Assembly (NCBI GenBank): GCA_963718665.1
Contig: OY970359.1
Coordinates: 608,001 to 672,000 of the forward strand
DNA: 64,000 bases
Direction of reading: 5' to 3'
Origin: an uncultured Phycisphaerales bacterium
GTDB lineage: Bacteria; Planctomycetota; Phycisphaerae; Sedimentisphaerales; Anaerobacaceae
Shown: positions 10,715 through 20,334 of the stretch, piece by piece
Layout: each line of letters starts with the position of its first letter
How positions within the stretch are numbered: the first letter of the stretch is position 1
Made by a program: the position numbers and the translations under genes
The notes under the pieces: model-generated
The model's database searches: none
What the model was told of the DNA's origin: nothing
What the model saw: only the letters and a program-made list of their open reading frames with translations

Positions 10715-11860
10715 ATGAAAAGAATGGTGTTATTTTGTTTTATAATCTCATACATTTTATGTGGTTGCAGCTACAATAATAAAACGGAAGATAAAGAATA
10801 TATTCGGCGGTATGGAATGATGGTTGGTTATGTTCCCGGGCCGTTTTTCCAATATGGCCAAACAAAACTGGCCGAATCTCGGCATTTCGACCTTGGTAAT
10901 ATTCCTAACGAAGTTCGCAAAATAAAAGCTGTTGTTCCATTTTCTAATCCCGGCAGAGAGCCGTTAGTTATCGAAAAAGTTAACAGTCCCTGCCCCTGCT
11001 TTTCCGGCTGGGATGGTGATAAAGAGGTCACGCCTGATCAAAATGGCGTGATAAATATTTATTTTGATAAGGACAAAATAGAATCCGGCCATGTAAGTCG
11101 TTTTGTGCGCATAAATACAAACGACCCTGCCAATAGCGAAGTAAAAATACTTTTCGACCTCAACGTTATTCGTAGTCCGGAGGAAGAAGACATTCTTTCG
11201 CTGCGAGATGAAATCCAGAGGATAAAAAGCGAATTACAGTCCCTTCGTAAGGAAATCCGGCAACTGGCCCCTGCACGGAATACTGGCAGTAAGAGGGAAT
11301 CTGTCCCTTCAAATAAGTTGGATACGAATGTTTATGATGTTAATATTGGTTCATCTCCGACCCTCGGACCTGACAATGCCCCTGTCACAATTGTGGAATT
11401 TTTCGACTTTCAGTGCCCTTTCTGTGCGAAGGAATATCCAAAGATTAAGCAAATTATGGCTGAATACCCCGGCAAAATACGGGTTGTTTTTAAGCATTTT
11501 CCGCTGAATTTTCACAAGCAGGCCTTCGCCGTCCATGCGGTAACGGAATTTGCTCTTCGCCAAAAAGGGCCGGATGCTTTTTGGAAATTGCATGATATGA
11601 TTATGGCCGACCCCGAAAAGATAGATACCGCGACTTTACGAACATACGCACAAAAAATCGGATTGGATATAACCGAATTGGACAAACTATGGGCGGATGA
11701 GAAATCAATAGCGGAATTACTAAAGGCGGACAAAGAACTGGCGGAAAAATGCAACGTCAACAGCACGCCCACAATATTTATCAACGGCAGGAAACTTGCT
11801 GACCGTTCTTTGGATGGCTATCGCAGCCGAATTAAGGAAACGCTGAGCCAGGCCAAATGA
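10715..11860 (+). CDS. Lipoprotein with DUF1573-like Ig domain, coiled coil and DsbA-family thioredoxin domain (copy A)
   Basis: Lipobox LCGC; F.N.G.EPL.I..V.SPCPC; GPDNAPVTIVEFFDFQCPFC; STPT cis-Pro loop. Confidence 0.85.
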   Translation: MKRMVLFCFIISYILCGCSYNNKTEDKEYIRRYGMMVGYVPGPFFQYGQTKLAESRHFDLGNIPNEVRKIKAVVPFSNPGREPLVIEKVNSPCPCFSGWDGDKEVTPDQNGVINIYFDKDKIESGHVSRFVRINTNDPANSEVKILFDLNVIRSPEEEDILSLRDEIQRIKSELQSLRKEIRQLAPARNTGSKRESVPSNKLDTNVYDVNIGSSPTLGPDNAPVTIVEFFDFQCPFCAKEYPKIKQIMAEYPGKIRVVFKHFPLNFHKQAFAVHAVTEFALRQKGPDAFWKLHDMIMADPEKIDTATLRTYAQKIGLDITELDKLWADEKSIAELLKADKELAEKCNVNSTPTIFINGRKLADRSLDGYRSRIKETLSQAK

Positions 11861-11862
11861 TA

Positions 11863-11942
11863 GATTTTGAATACTCCTGCAGGGCACAGGCAGCCATCGG
11901 CTGTTTTACGGGCTAATTATCGTTATGGTTTTGCTCTTAACA
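11863..11942 (+). repeat. Cassette junction repeat J1
   Basis: GATTTTGAA..CCTG-N7-CAGG.. followed by the invariant 47-mer ATCGGCTGTTTTACGGGCTAATTATCGTTATGGTTTTGCTCTTAACA. Confidence 0.9.
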
Positions 11943-12794
11943 GCGACTGTTTATGATGCCTGTGGTGTTGGTGGTGGTGGCCATCCGCCTTGCCCGATAT
12001 GCTATAGCTGGGGTTATGATGATGTCTTGGATGAGTGGGGATGTTATATTTGGACCTGCGGTAAGCAACAGTGTTGCAACGGAACATGTTATGACCCTAG
12101 TACCACGGGATGCTGTAACGGCGTAACCTATGACCTTAGTTCCCAGGCATGTTGCGGCGGGGCGATTCAGACTAAAGGCGGCTGTATGGACTGCATAAAT
12201 AACGCATGGGTATCCACTTGCGATTCCTCCCAGTGCCAGACCTGCGTAGGCGGCCAATGCAAGGTTTGCGGCGGCGACGCAAACCAGGCCTGCTGTAACG
12301 GCACATGCTACGACATTAGCACCCAGGGCTGCTGTTATGGAGAATTGTACAGTTTTAATGACTGTAAGTATTGCGACGACGAAGCCGAAGCCCCGTTATC
12401 CACTTGTGACCCAAGCCAGTGCGAGACCTGCGATGGCAATGGCAGTTGTGTGGTTTGCGGCAACGACCCAAATCAATTCTGCTGTAACGGCGAATGCTAC
12501 GAGAACGACGATGACGATTCTGAAATGCTACTACAAACCGGCCGGTTAACCTTCAACCAAGGCAAATGGCAGGAGTCTATTTCCTATTTTGAAAGAGCGA
12601 TGACCAAATTTCCTGCCGGCAGTAAACCGCCCGATGCCCTCTATGCACTGGCGAGGATGTATGAAGAAACAGGGGATATATCTAAGGCAATGGATACCTA
12701 CGGGCAATTGCTCACTTTATTGGAAGACGGAAGCCCGGTAATTCAAAAGGTAAAAACGCGTATTATATCGTTCCAGGAAGAATCCGGAAATTAG
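11925..12794 (+). CDS. Cys-rich protein copy 2 (5'-truncated signal peptide) with C-terminal TPR pair
   Basis: Same constant N-terminus; C-terminus LLQTGRLTFNQGKWQES..DALYALARMYEETGD is TPR-like; no SD before ATG. Confidence 0.7.
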   Translation: MVLLLTATVYDACGVGGGGHPPCPICYSWGYDDVLDEWGCYIWTCGKQQCCNGTCYDPSTTGCCNGVTYDLSSQACCGGAIQTKGGCMDCINNAWVSTCDSSQCQTCVGGQCKVCGGDANQACCNGTCYDISTQGCCYGELYSFNDCKYCDDEAEAPLSTCDPSQCETCDGNGSCVVCGNDPNQFCCNGECYENDDDDSEMLLQTGRLTFNQGKWQESISYFERAMTKFPAGSKPPDALYALARMYEETGDISKAMDTYGQLLTLLEDGSPVIQKVKTRIISFQEESGN

Positions 12795-12809
12795 AAAGGA
12801 GATAAGTCA

Positions 12810-13151
12810 ATGGAACTTTTGAAGCGTATGAATTATGAGATTGTTTTTATTATAGCGACAACCATTGTTGCGATATGTACGGCGCTTCCTGCTTGCACGA
12901 TACGCGGAGAAAGAACTTTTGGAGGTGACAATACTGGCAAACGTTGCACACAGAATGTTTCACCTAATCCGAAATGCGCAACCAGACCTGGTGGAGAACC
13001 TTGCCCTCTTATACATACTCAGTGTAAACTCTCATGCACTGGTTCTTCAACTTGTACTGTTTGTTCAGATGCATCTGATGCATGTCGTCCCTGTAGGTTA
13101 GACCTTGTCCACTGTATAAATCAGCCCAACGAGGATTGTTATAGTGAGTAA
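12810..13151 (+). CDS. Small secreted Cys-rich peptide precursor with possible double-glycine site
   Basis: AAGGAG RBS, hydrophobic leader, ERTFGG then a Cys-rich core. Confidence 0.65.
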   Translation: MELLKRMNYEIVFIIATTIVAICTALPACTIRGERTFGGDNTGKRCTQNVSPNPKCATRPGGEPCPLIHTQCKLSCTGSSTCTVCSDASDACRPCRLDLVHCINQPNEDCYSE

Positions 13152-13195
13152 AAATAATCTGTGCCGAATAAAATGAAGTATATAGGAGCTATTTT

Positions 13196-14257
13196 ATGAT
13201 TAAGAAAAATTATTTATTGACTGCCATAATCGTTATGTCTCTGATGGTGTCTTCTGAGGGTATGGCGCTTACGGCCAGCCAGGTCCTCGATAAGTATAAG
13301 GAGTCGCTTAACTGGACTCGGTCTGTTTCAATGCGTGTTGATGTAAATGTGGACATTCTTGAGTGGCCTGACGCAAATATCCCCCGGTATTATTCAAGGC
13401 CTCAATTTGTTTATCGGCAAGACGGAAATAACTGCGAATGGATTGGAAAGGGCCTTGTATTCGATGCTAACTGGAAATTATTGGATGACAGCAGCTTAAA
13501 CATCCAGGACATCTTTGCAAATGGCCGGTATTTTACCATTTCTCCCACACAACATGGTCCGAACAAGATACCCCGTTATGCGATGATTACGCGCGATTCC
13601 AATCCGTATTATCAGCAGCGATTAGGAGAATTGAGCGCATCAAGCATATTTGGAGGGCCTTTGTTTGGCAAGATGGGTGGAAATAGTAATTATAGTATTG
13701 CCGACCTTCTTGGTAGTGACACAAATCTGCATTTGCGTCCGGATACAGAACCAATAAGAGGTAATTTATGTTATGTTCTTGAGGGCATAACAAAATATGG
13801 TCGCATAACGGCATGGATATCGTCAGACAATGCATACAATGCCCTGAAATGGTCTGTGGAAAAGGGACCAAATGACCTCGTTAATGATAAACCTGCAGGA
13901 ACAATTGTAGAAAAAAGTATTTATGAATTTGACCTCGTTGATTTCCATGAAGTAAACGGGATAATTGTTCCTAAAGATGCCTATTTAACAACAACTGGAA
14001 AATTATCTTTTGATGGTAAAACTATTGCTCGTTATACATATCAGATCTCGCAGGTCTCTTTAAAGCCGGATTTCAAAGCCCTTGGCGCCTTCACGCCAAA
14101 TGTGCCGGAGGGAACACGCGTAAAACTACTGGAAGCGCCGGGGGTTCGATATGTCTGGCGAAACAACAAAGCTGTCCTCGATGTCAATGAGGCAACGTTT
14201 GAAAAAATCGATAAGACAATCGAGCAGTTCAAGCAACAGCAAGATGCGAACCAATAG
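13196..14257 (+). CDS. Exported LolA-like (lipoprotein-sorting fold) protein 1
   Basis: ALTASQVL, E.I.G..CYVLE, WIS, VNGIIVP, F...VPEGTRV motifs. Confidence 0.6.
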   Translation: MIKKNYLLTAIIVMSLMVSSEGMALTASQVLDKYKESLNWTRSVSMRVDVNVDILEWPDANIPRYYSRPQFVYRQDGNNCEWIGKGLVFDANWKLLDDSSLNIQDIFANGRYFTISPTQHGPNKIPRYAMITRDSNPYYQQRLGELSASSIFGGPLFGKMGGNSNYSIADLLGSDTNLHLRPDTEPIRGNLCYVLEGITKYGRITAWISSDNAYNALKWSVEKGPNDLVNDKPAGTIVEKSIYEFDLVDFHEVNGIIVPKDAYLTTTGKLSFDGKTIARYTYQISQVSLKPDFKALGAFTPNVPEGTRVKLLEAPGVRYVWRNNKAVLDVNEATFEKIDKTIEQFKQQQDANQ

Positions 14258-14277
14258 GGAAAGGTTTAAACAACAAG

Positions 14278-15108
14278 GTGAAACCGATATCACTTAAACC
14301 ATTGCTATTTTTGGTTTTTCTGGTCGTTACTCTATGCGGCTTTTGCTTTGATTGCCAAGCAGCAGAACCAAATACTGTTTCCCTCCAGCAGAAATCATCC
14401 GGTGGTTATTGCGGGATTTATTCTTTGTATGGGGCGATGAAATATTTTGGGGTGCATGTTGAACCGAATGAGTTGCTGAAACCCGAATATATCGGCTCGA
14501 TTCAGGGTAGCTCTCTTGCTGAGTTGAAAAAGGCCGCAGAGAAATATGGCTTGTTTGCTATTCCGGTCGCGCGTCTATCTACGAAAGACCTTCGTAAATC
14601 ATCTTTACCCGTAATTATTCACGTCAAATCCTCACCAACCGACAGAAAGTATGACCACTATGAGTTATTTTTAGGTTCAAAGCAGGGACAAGCGTTGATT
14701 TATGACCCTCCGACCCCTATTGAATCGGTGGAGTTTTGGACATTGGCTCCGCGATGGGACGGCAGCGGGTTACTTATATCTAATAAGCCAATAAACCCCA
14801 ATTTTGTTTTTGCATCTTCCCGCTTGCGATTCGTCGGATATACGGGGATTGCAGTATTATTAGTTCTTGCAGCAAGGTGGGGACATAGATATTTGTTTGA
14901 TTATCGCCCAGCGATGTCTCGTAAACAAAAATTTCTATTGAGTATAGGTCAGTGTATGATTCTGGTACTGATTTCGGTTTTTATCGCTATTGTGTATCAT
15001 TCATACAATGATGAGGGATTGCTTTTGCGTAAACAGGCAACTCAAGCTATTCAACTGGCGTATAAATCAAACCATAACAATATACACAAGACAGGCGATA
15101 CCAAATGA
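14278..15108 (+). CDS. Membrane-anchored C39-family cysteine peptidase (no ABC domain)
   Basis: QQ..GGYCGIYSL, GSSLAELKKAA, LPVIIH, HYEL, IYDP (Cys-His-Asp); signal peptide and two C-terminal TMs. Confidence 0.8.
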   Translation: MKPISLKPLLFLVFLVVTLCGFCFDCQAAEPNTVSLQQKSSGGYCGIYSLYGAMKYFGVHVEPNELLKPEYIGSIQGSSLAELKKAAEKYGLFAIPVARLSTKDLRKSSLPVIIHVKSSPTDRKYDHYELFLGSKQGQALIYDPPTPIESVEFWTLAPRWDGSGLLISNKPINPNFVFASSRLRFVGYTGIAVLLVLAARWGHRYLFDYRPAMSRKQKFLLSIGQCMILVLISVFIAIVYHSYNDEGLLLRKQATQAIQLAYKSNHNNIHKTGDTK

Positions 15109-15563
15109 AACGTCAAATTGTTGAAGTTTTTGTGATTTTGGTGCGAATAGCGATTGGCAGTATTTTTATAGCCAGCAGCATACCAAAATTGCGCCAGCCA
15201 TACGATTTTCTGGCCAGCGTTTACAGTTATAAGCTTGTAGGGTTTCAATTCGGCCTCGCGGTGGCAGTGGTTTTGCCCTGGGTTGAACTTTTTGTGGGAA
15301 TCTGTTTGGTGGGGGGTATTTTAGTAACGGGGGCGCTTTTGGCAAGTATTGGATTGTTCACAATGTTCGGTTTCGTTCTGGCGTCTGCTTTATGGCGCGG
15401 CCTCAATATAAGCTGCGGCTGCTTTAATTCTTCTGATACGAACATTATCAGTTACTGGACTTTAGGCCGAGCAATAGGGCTGTTGTTAATATCATTAGCA
15501 ACATGGCTTTTCGCTGTAATTGTCACACGTATATCGAGTGAAAATTTAAACGTTCAAAAATGA
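15105..15563 (+). CDS. MauE/DoxX-family redox-associated membrane protein
   Basis: RIAIGSIF, LPWVELFVG, ISCGCF motif. Confidence 0.85.
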   Translation: MKRQIVEVFVILVRIAIGSIFIASSIPKLRQPYDFLASVYSYKLVGFQFGLAVAVVLPWVELFVGICLVGGILVTGALLASIGLFTMFGFVLASALWRGLNISCGCFNSSDTNIISYWTLGRAIGLLLISLATWLFAVIVTRISSENLNVQK

Positions 15564-15685
15564 CATCACAGAAAAACCACGTTCCGGTTCAAGAAAAACT
15601 CCGTTTTGCTTTATCGCCCTTTCACAAGTAAATAAGTAAAGCGTGGTCAAACGGGCAGCGAACACCCAAAGCTACCTTAGGGCAA

Positions 15686-16108
15686 ATGGATGCCGAGGCC
15701 ACGTTAATTGCCGCTGTCAATTACCATGAGATGGGCAGGTGGACGGACGCTATCAATAATTATCAAAAAGTCCTCGACAACTGGCCTGATTTTGAACACG
15801 CCTGCGGGATACAGGCGGCAATCGGCGGCTGTTACGAAAAGCTTAGAGATAAGGAAGGAGTTCCGAAAGAAGGGGTAAATCCTTTAATAGAGGATGCCTA
15901 CATAGCAATTTTGACTAATTACCCCAACTGTTATGCAATTAAAAATGCGGCATATAAACTTGCCGGGATCATGCTGGAAAAAGGTGATAAGGCCTCTGCT
16001 GCGAAGTATTATAAGAAGTTTCTTGAAACAGCCAGACCTAATGATGACCGTCTTGCACCTGTTAAAGCCAAACTTGCCGAATTGACCGCCGAAGGAGGGA
16101 ACAACTAA
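15686..16108 (+). pseudogene. Duplicated 3' fragment of the TPR gene
   Basis: From about 15748 the sequence is identical by eye to 7703-8063 (offset 8045), including the GAAGGAGGG RBS and the TAATG overlap. Confidence 0.85.
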
Positions 16109-17019
16109 TGATAATGCTGCTTACAAAAAAGACCTTATGGACGTATATTATTACAAGCATGGTTTTATTTATAACAATACTTGTTAATGATGCCTTCGGT
16201 GTTGGTGGTGGTGGTGGCCATCCGCCTTGCCCGATATGCTATAGCTGGGGTTATGATGATGTCTTGGATGAGTGGGGATGTTATATTTGGACCTGCGGTA
16301 ATCAACAGTGTTGCAACGGAACATGTTTTGACCCTAGTACCAAGGGATGCTGTAATGGCGTAACCTATGACCTTAGTTCCCAGGCATGTTGCGGCGGGGC
16401 GATTCAGACTAAAGGCGGCTGTATGGGTTGCGTAAATGATAACTGGGTATCCCTTTGCGACTCCTCCCAGTGCCAGACCTGCGTAGATGGTAACTGCAAA
16501 TCTTGCAATGAAGCAGATCCGAATAAAGATTGCTGTAACGGCGCATGCTATGACCCCGCAACCCAGGGATGCTGTAACGGCGAAATCTATGACCCCAATA
16601 CTGAAAAGTGTTGCTGCAATGGTACACCTCTCCCGAAGTGTAAGTTAACTGATGGAGAGGTTTGTGCAGACCCTTGTGGCCATTATCCCCCATGTAATTG
16701 GAGATGTACTTATATGACGGGTGATAATTGTCTTGGTGTATATTCAAGAGAATACAAAGGATGGACAGAAAAAATATGTAGCGGAGGTTGTCCAGGCGAA
16801 TGCGAGTCCAATGAAAGCGTTTGTTATATACAAACACAATGTCAAACAGTTTGGATGCCTGTAGTGTCTCAGCAATGCGTTGGGCCCTCGCCAGCTGGCG
16901 GATGTAAGTCGCTAAATGAAAATAATTTTGGCGTATGGTGCTTTCACTGTGACGTTATGCCTAATACTCAATGTAGTATAAAAAGACAAAATGATGCCTG
17001 TATAAGTTGTGGAGAATAA
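16108..17019 (+). CDS. Secreted Cys-rich protein copy 3, novel Cys-rich C-terminus
   Basis: Complete signal peptide identical to copy 1; diverges after CDSSQCQTC. Confidence 0.8.
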   Translation: MIMLLTKKTLWTYIITSMVLFITILVNDAFGVGGGGGHPPCPICYSWGYDDVLDEWGCYIWTCGNQQCCNGTCFDPSTKGCCNGVTYDLSSQACCGGAIQTKGGCMGCVNDNWVSLCDSSQCQTCVDGNCKSCNEADPNKDCCNGACYDPATQGCCNGEIYDPNTEKCCCNGTPLPKCKLTDGEVCADPCGHYPPCNWRCTYMTGDNCLGVYSREYKGWTEKICSGGCPGECESNESVCYIQTQCQTVWMPVVSQQCVGPSPAGGCKSLNENNFGVWCFHCDVMPNTQCSIKRQNDACISCGE

Positions 17020-17021
17020 TT

Positions 17022-18131
17022 ATGAAATCTGAAAAAATAATGTTTGTGATTGTCAGTTTATTGGCTTTTACGGCTTTTGTATATGGTGAGCCAAATGATT
17101 TTAAGCCGGTTTCGAGTAATGACGTAAACTACGTTTTGAATATGCTCGCAGCCCATACCCAGGATAATTATGACCGCATTAACACATGGGAGGGGGAAAT
17201 AGAAAATACAGACTATATATGGTTCCACGGAACATCTGCCGAAAGAATTTTTAGGGGGTATATGGATAGCAATGAACAAGCCCCTGATGAAATTAAAGAA
17301 ACAGTAAAGGGCAACAATGGCTTTTTGGTTGATAGCAAGAAGGACAACCTCTTAATTCGTAGCACTCCTGTCGGAAAAATAACTTTATTGGATATTAAAA
17401 CCAATCGTTCATATGAATCAGGTTTGCAAAGAAGTGAAGATGCTGTAATTACAACGCCAGATTATCAGATAAAGTGCGACCCTTACAGATTGAACCGTGT
17501 TTCAAAAGAAACAATACAAAGGATGGGTACCAAAAGTCCTGTCTCAGGTAATATTATGATGGCTATGGGGGAGAATGACCCAAGAATTGTATTAAAAGGC
17601 CGAGGTTTACCTGTCTGGTCTATATTGGAATCTTTGGCCAAAAAAGGGTTAGAGCAGGGAGGTGTTTCCAACAAACTCGAAGAAAGAGTCAATGTCGGTT
17701 TAGTTGATTATCGAATAGAAATACCAGGTGTTGCAGATGGAAATGTTGTGGGATTCCTGAGTATGCTTTTTTCAGGCAATAAAGGTTTTCTTGTAACAGA
17801 ATACGAGACCAGAAACAAAGATGGCAGCCTCCGAGCAAAAGAGATGATAGATTTTACTTTGGTTGATGGTGTCTATTTGCCGGCCCGAATCCATTACACT
17901 TCTTATGAAGATAGTGGAAAAATGATGGAGGATAGGATGCAAATATTCAAAAATATGCGGGTCAATAAAACTATTCCGGAGGATTCTTTTACATATAAAA
18001 ACGCCGGTTTGAAAAATGGTGATTTATTCGACGACAAAATCGAAGGCAAGAAATACAAATACCAGGACGCGAATCTTGTCTCGATTGAAGAGCCAAATAA
18101 GTTGCCAGAGCCGAATAATCCGCCAAAATGA
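17022..18131 (+). CDS. Exported LolA-like protein 2
   Basis: GGAG RBS at 17011; VDGVYLP, VN..IPEDSFT motifs. Confidence 0.6.
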   Translation: MKSEKIMFVIVSLLAFTAFVYGEPNDFKPVSSNDVNYVLNMLAAHTQDNYDRINTWEGEIENTDYIWFHGTSAERIFRGYMDSNEQAPDEIKETVKGNNGFLVDSKKDNLLIRSTPVGKITLLDIKTNRSYESGLQRSEDAVITTPDYQIKCDPYRLNRVSKETIQRMGTKSPVSGNIMMAMGENDPRIVLKGRGLPVWSILESLAKKGLEQGGVSNKLEERVNVGLVDYRIEIPGVADGNVVGFLSMLFSGNKGFLVTEYETRNKDGSLRAKEMIDFTLVDGVYLPARIHYTSYEDSGKMMEDRMQIFKNMRVNKTIPEDSFTYKNAGLKNGDLFDDKIEGKKYKYQDANLVSIEEPNKLPEPNNPPK

Positions 18132-18154
18132 CGGCGGATAAAATAGTTTGTCTC

Positions 18155-18244
18155 CAACTGGCCTGATTTTGAACCCGCCTGCGGAATACAGGTGGCCATC
18201 GGCTGTTTTACGGGCTAATTATCGTTATGGTTTTGCTCTTAACA
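18155..18244 (+). repeat. Cassette junction repeat J3
   Basis: CAACTGGCCTGATTTTGAA (matches TPR gene 7733-7751) plus the invariant 47-mer. Confidence 0.9.
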
Positions 18245-19093
18245 GCGACTGTTAATGATGCCTGTGGTGTTGGTGGTGGTGGCCATCCGCCTTGCCCGGT
18301 ATGCTATAGCTGGGGTTATGATGATGTCTTGGATGAGTGGGGATGTTATATTTGGACCTGCGGTAATCAACAGTGTTGCAACGGAACATGTTTTGACCCT
18401 AGTACCACGGGATGCTGTAACGGCGTAACCTATGACCTTAGTTCCCAGGCATGTTGCGGCGGGGCGATTCAGACTAAAGGCGGCTGTATGGGTTGCGTAA
18501 ATGATAACTGGGTATCCCTTTGCGACTCCTCCCAGTGCCAGACCTGCGGCGGCAATGGCATTTGCGTATCAAAGTGCGACCCAAGCCAATGCCAGACCTG
18601 TGTGAACGGCAACTGTCCGGTTTGTTATCCGCACAAGTTGAACTGCTGTGATGATTACGATTGCTATCATTGTGTCGAGAAATCCTTCGGCGAAATCTGC
18701 CAACCATGTCTTTGGAAACCCTGGTCTTATGCGGTATTAATGACGTGTAACAGAGTCGATGATCCAACATTTAATCCAAAAACAGATGGATGTTCAAATC
18801 CTTTTGGCGACCATCCTAATGACCCAGCCGATTGTTGCGCTCCGGACAATTCGAGCTTTTATTGGGCTTGTTATAACCACGATTTTTGTTATCAGACATG
18901 TGGTGCCGATAAAGGCGGTTGTGACTCTGCCTTTGGCAATGATATGGAAGCTGTTTGTGCAGGCACAAGTCTCTTATGCCATGTTGTATGTGAAGCGCAA
19001 AGAGTGATATATTGGGCGGCAGTTTCACTCTGCGGAGAAGGCCCTTACGAAAGTGACCAATTAGATGCATGTGTTTGTTGTGATTGTTCTTAA
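18227..19093 (+). CDS. Cys-rich protein copy 4 (5'-truncated signal) with PLA2-like domain, allele of copy 1
   Basis: CYNHDFCYQTCGADKGGCD; otherwise largely identical to 8063-8983. Confidence 0.75.
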   Translation: MVLLLTATVNDACGVGGGGHPPCPVCYSWGYDDVLDEWGCYIWTCGNQQCCNGTCFDPSTTGCCNGVTYDLSSQACCGGAIQTKGGCMGCVNDNWVSLCDSSQCQTCGGNGICVSKCDPSQCQTCVNGNCPVCYPHKLNCCDDYDCYHCVEKSFGEICQPCLWKPWSYAVLMTCNRVDDPTFNPKTDGCSNPFGDHPNDPADCCAPDNSSFYWACYNHDFCYQTCGADKGGCDSAFGNDMEAVCAGTSLLCHVVCEAQRVIYWAAVSLCGEGPYESDQLDACVCCDCS

Positions 19094-19125
19094 CAGGTAA
19101 AATGAAATGAAATAGGAGATTTGAA

Positions 19126-20334
19126 ATGCGATGCTTATCGAAAAATATGGCCGGACTCGTGATTTGTATTATGGCATCAAACTTATACGCGGAGAAGTTG
19201 ACCGTGGTTTGGGAAAAAGAATTAGGCGATGACAATAATCTCAGTTATGTCGGTCACGAGGCAGTATGCAATAATGGGACTCTACAAGTTGTTGGTTATG
19301 CGTTTGATTCAAAAACGCGTTCATCCGGAAAGTACTGGTTCTGGCAGATTAATTCTGACGGTAACATCGTATCACATGAAGATTTCCACGCTGTTTCAAA
19401 TGTGCGTCCCTCGGATATTATTTTTGGCTCATGGCTAACAAAAGGATTGAAAGTTGACCAGAGCGGTATGTACTGTGCGGGCAAGTTCGGCTCAAAGGAA
19501 CATTCTTTCGCCAAATTCGGAGCTAACGATAAAAAATTGCTAAAAAAACAAATACCGGCTGACCCGAATAAAAACCCGAGCGACTCAAATGATAAATCAG
19601 AGGAGTTTGTCCTCAAGATGGTTGACCTGTCAGATAACAAGTTTCTTTTGGTAGGAAGAGATGCAAAATCTAATGGTTTTGCCGCAAAAGTCGATTCGGA
19701 TGGTGATGTTTATTGGTGCAGAGTGTTTGAGAAAAGCAAATTGTCTTTTATTGTCGATGCTGTTGAAGTCGAAAATAGTTTGATATTGTTGGAGTGTTTT
19801 TCGGATGGCGGACCTAAAAATAATTTCTATGAAGGTTTTAATTGTCGCCTTATAAAATGTGATTCCGACGGTAATATTCTTTATGAAAAGTCCTTTATCG
19901 GAAGCGGCGCATTTCCAAACAAATACCCGGAATTACACAAAACCGATTCAAACAGCTTCTTAGTCGGTTATGACAAACAGTGCGATTTGACCAAGATAGA
20001 ATATTGTGTGGTCAAATATGATGATAAGCTAAATCTGTTGTCTGAAAAAACAATCATCGATAAGGAAACCAAAACACCTGTTTATATACATATATTGCCG
20101 GTTTCATCTGGAGGGTTTATTACTGCTTATAATGATACTTTGGGCAAAATTACCGTTAGCAAATATTCGGGTTCAGGAGATTTATCGACCTCTTTGACTT
20201 TGGATAATATTGTTGTAATCGATGATTTCCGAATTGCTGGTTCAGACAATAAGTATTTTGTCATCGCATTGTCAATGCCCGCAAGCACCGATAACCGTGT
20301 TAAAACCAAGATAGCCGCCTTGAATATTGAATAA
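19126..20334 (+). CDS. Exported putative beta-propeller protein (copy D)
   Basis: Near-identical to 9016-10224, same length (402 aa). Confidence 0.65.
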   Translation: MRCLSKNMAGLVICIMASNLYAEKLTVVWEKELGDDNNLSYVGHEAVCNNGTLQVVGYAFDSKTRSSGKYWFWQINSDGNIVSHEDFHAVSNVRPSDIIFGSWLTKGLKVDQSGMYCAGKFGSKEHSFAKFGANDKKLLKKQIPADPNKNPSDSNDKSEEFVLKMVDLSDNKFLLVGRDAKSNGFAAKVDSDGDVYWCRVFEKSKLSFIVDAVEVENSLILLECFSDGGPKNNFYEGFNCRLIKCDSDGNILYEKSFIGSGAFPNKYPELHKTDSNSFLVGYDKQCDLTKIEYCVVKYDDKLNLLSEKTIIDKETKTPVYIHILPVSSGGFITAYNDTLGKITVSKYSGSGDLSTSLTLDNIVVIDDFRIAGSDNKYFVIALSMPASTDNRVKTKIAALNIE

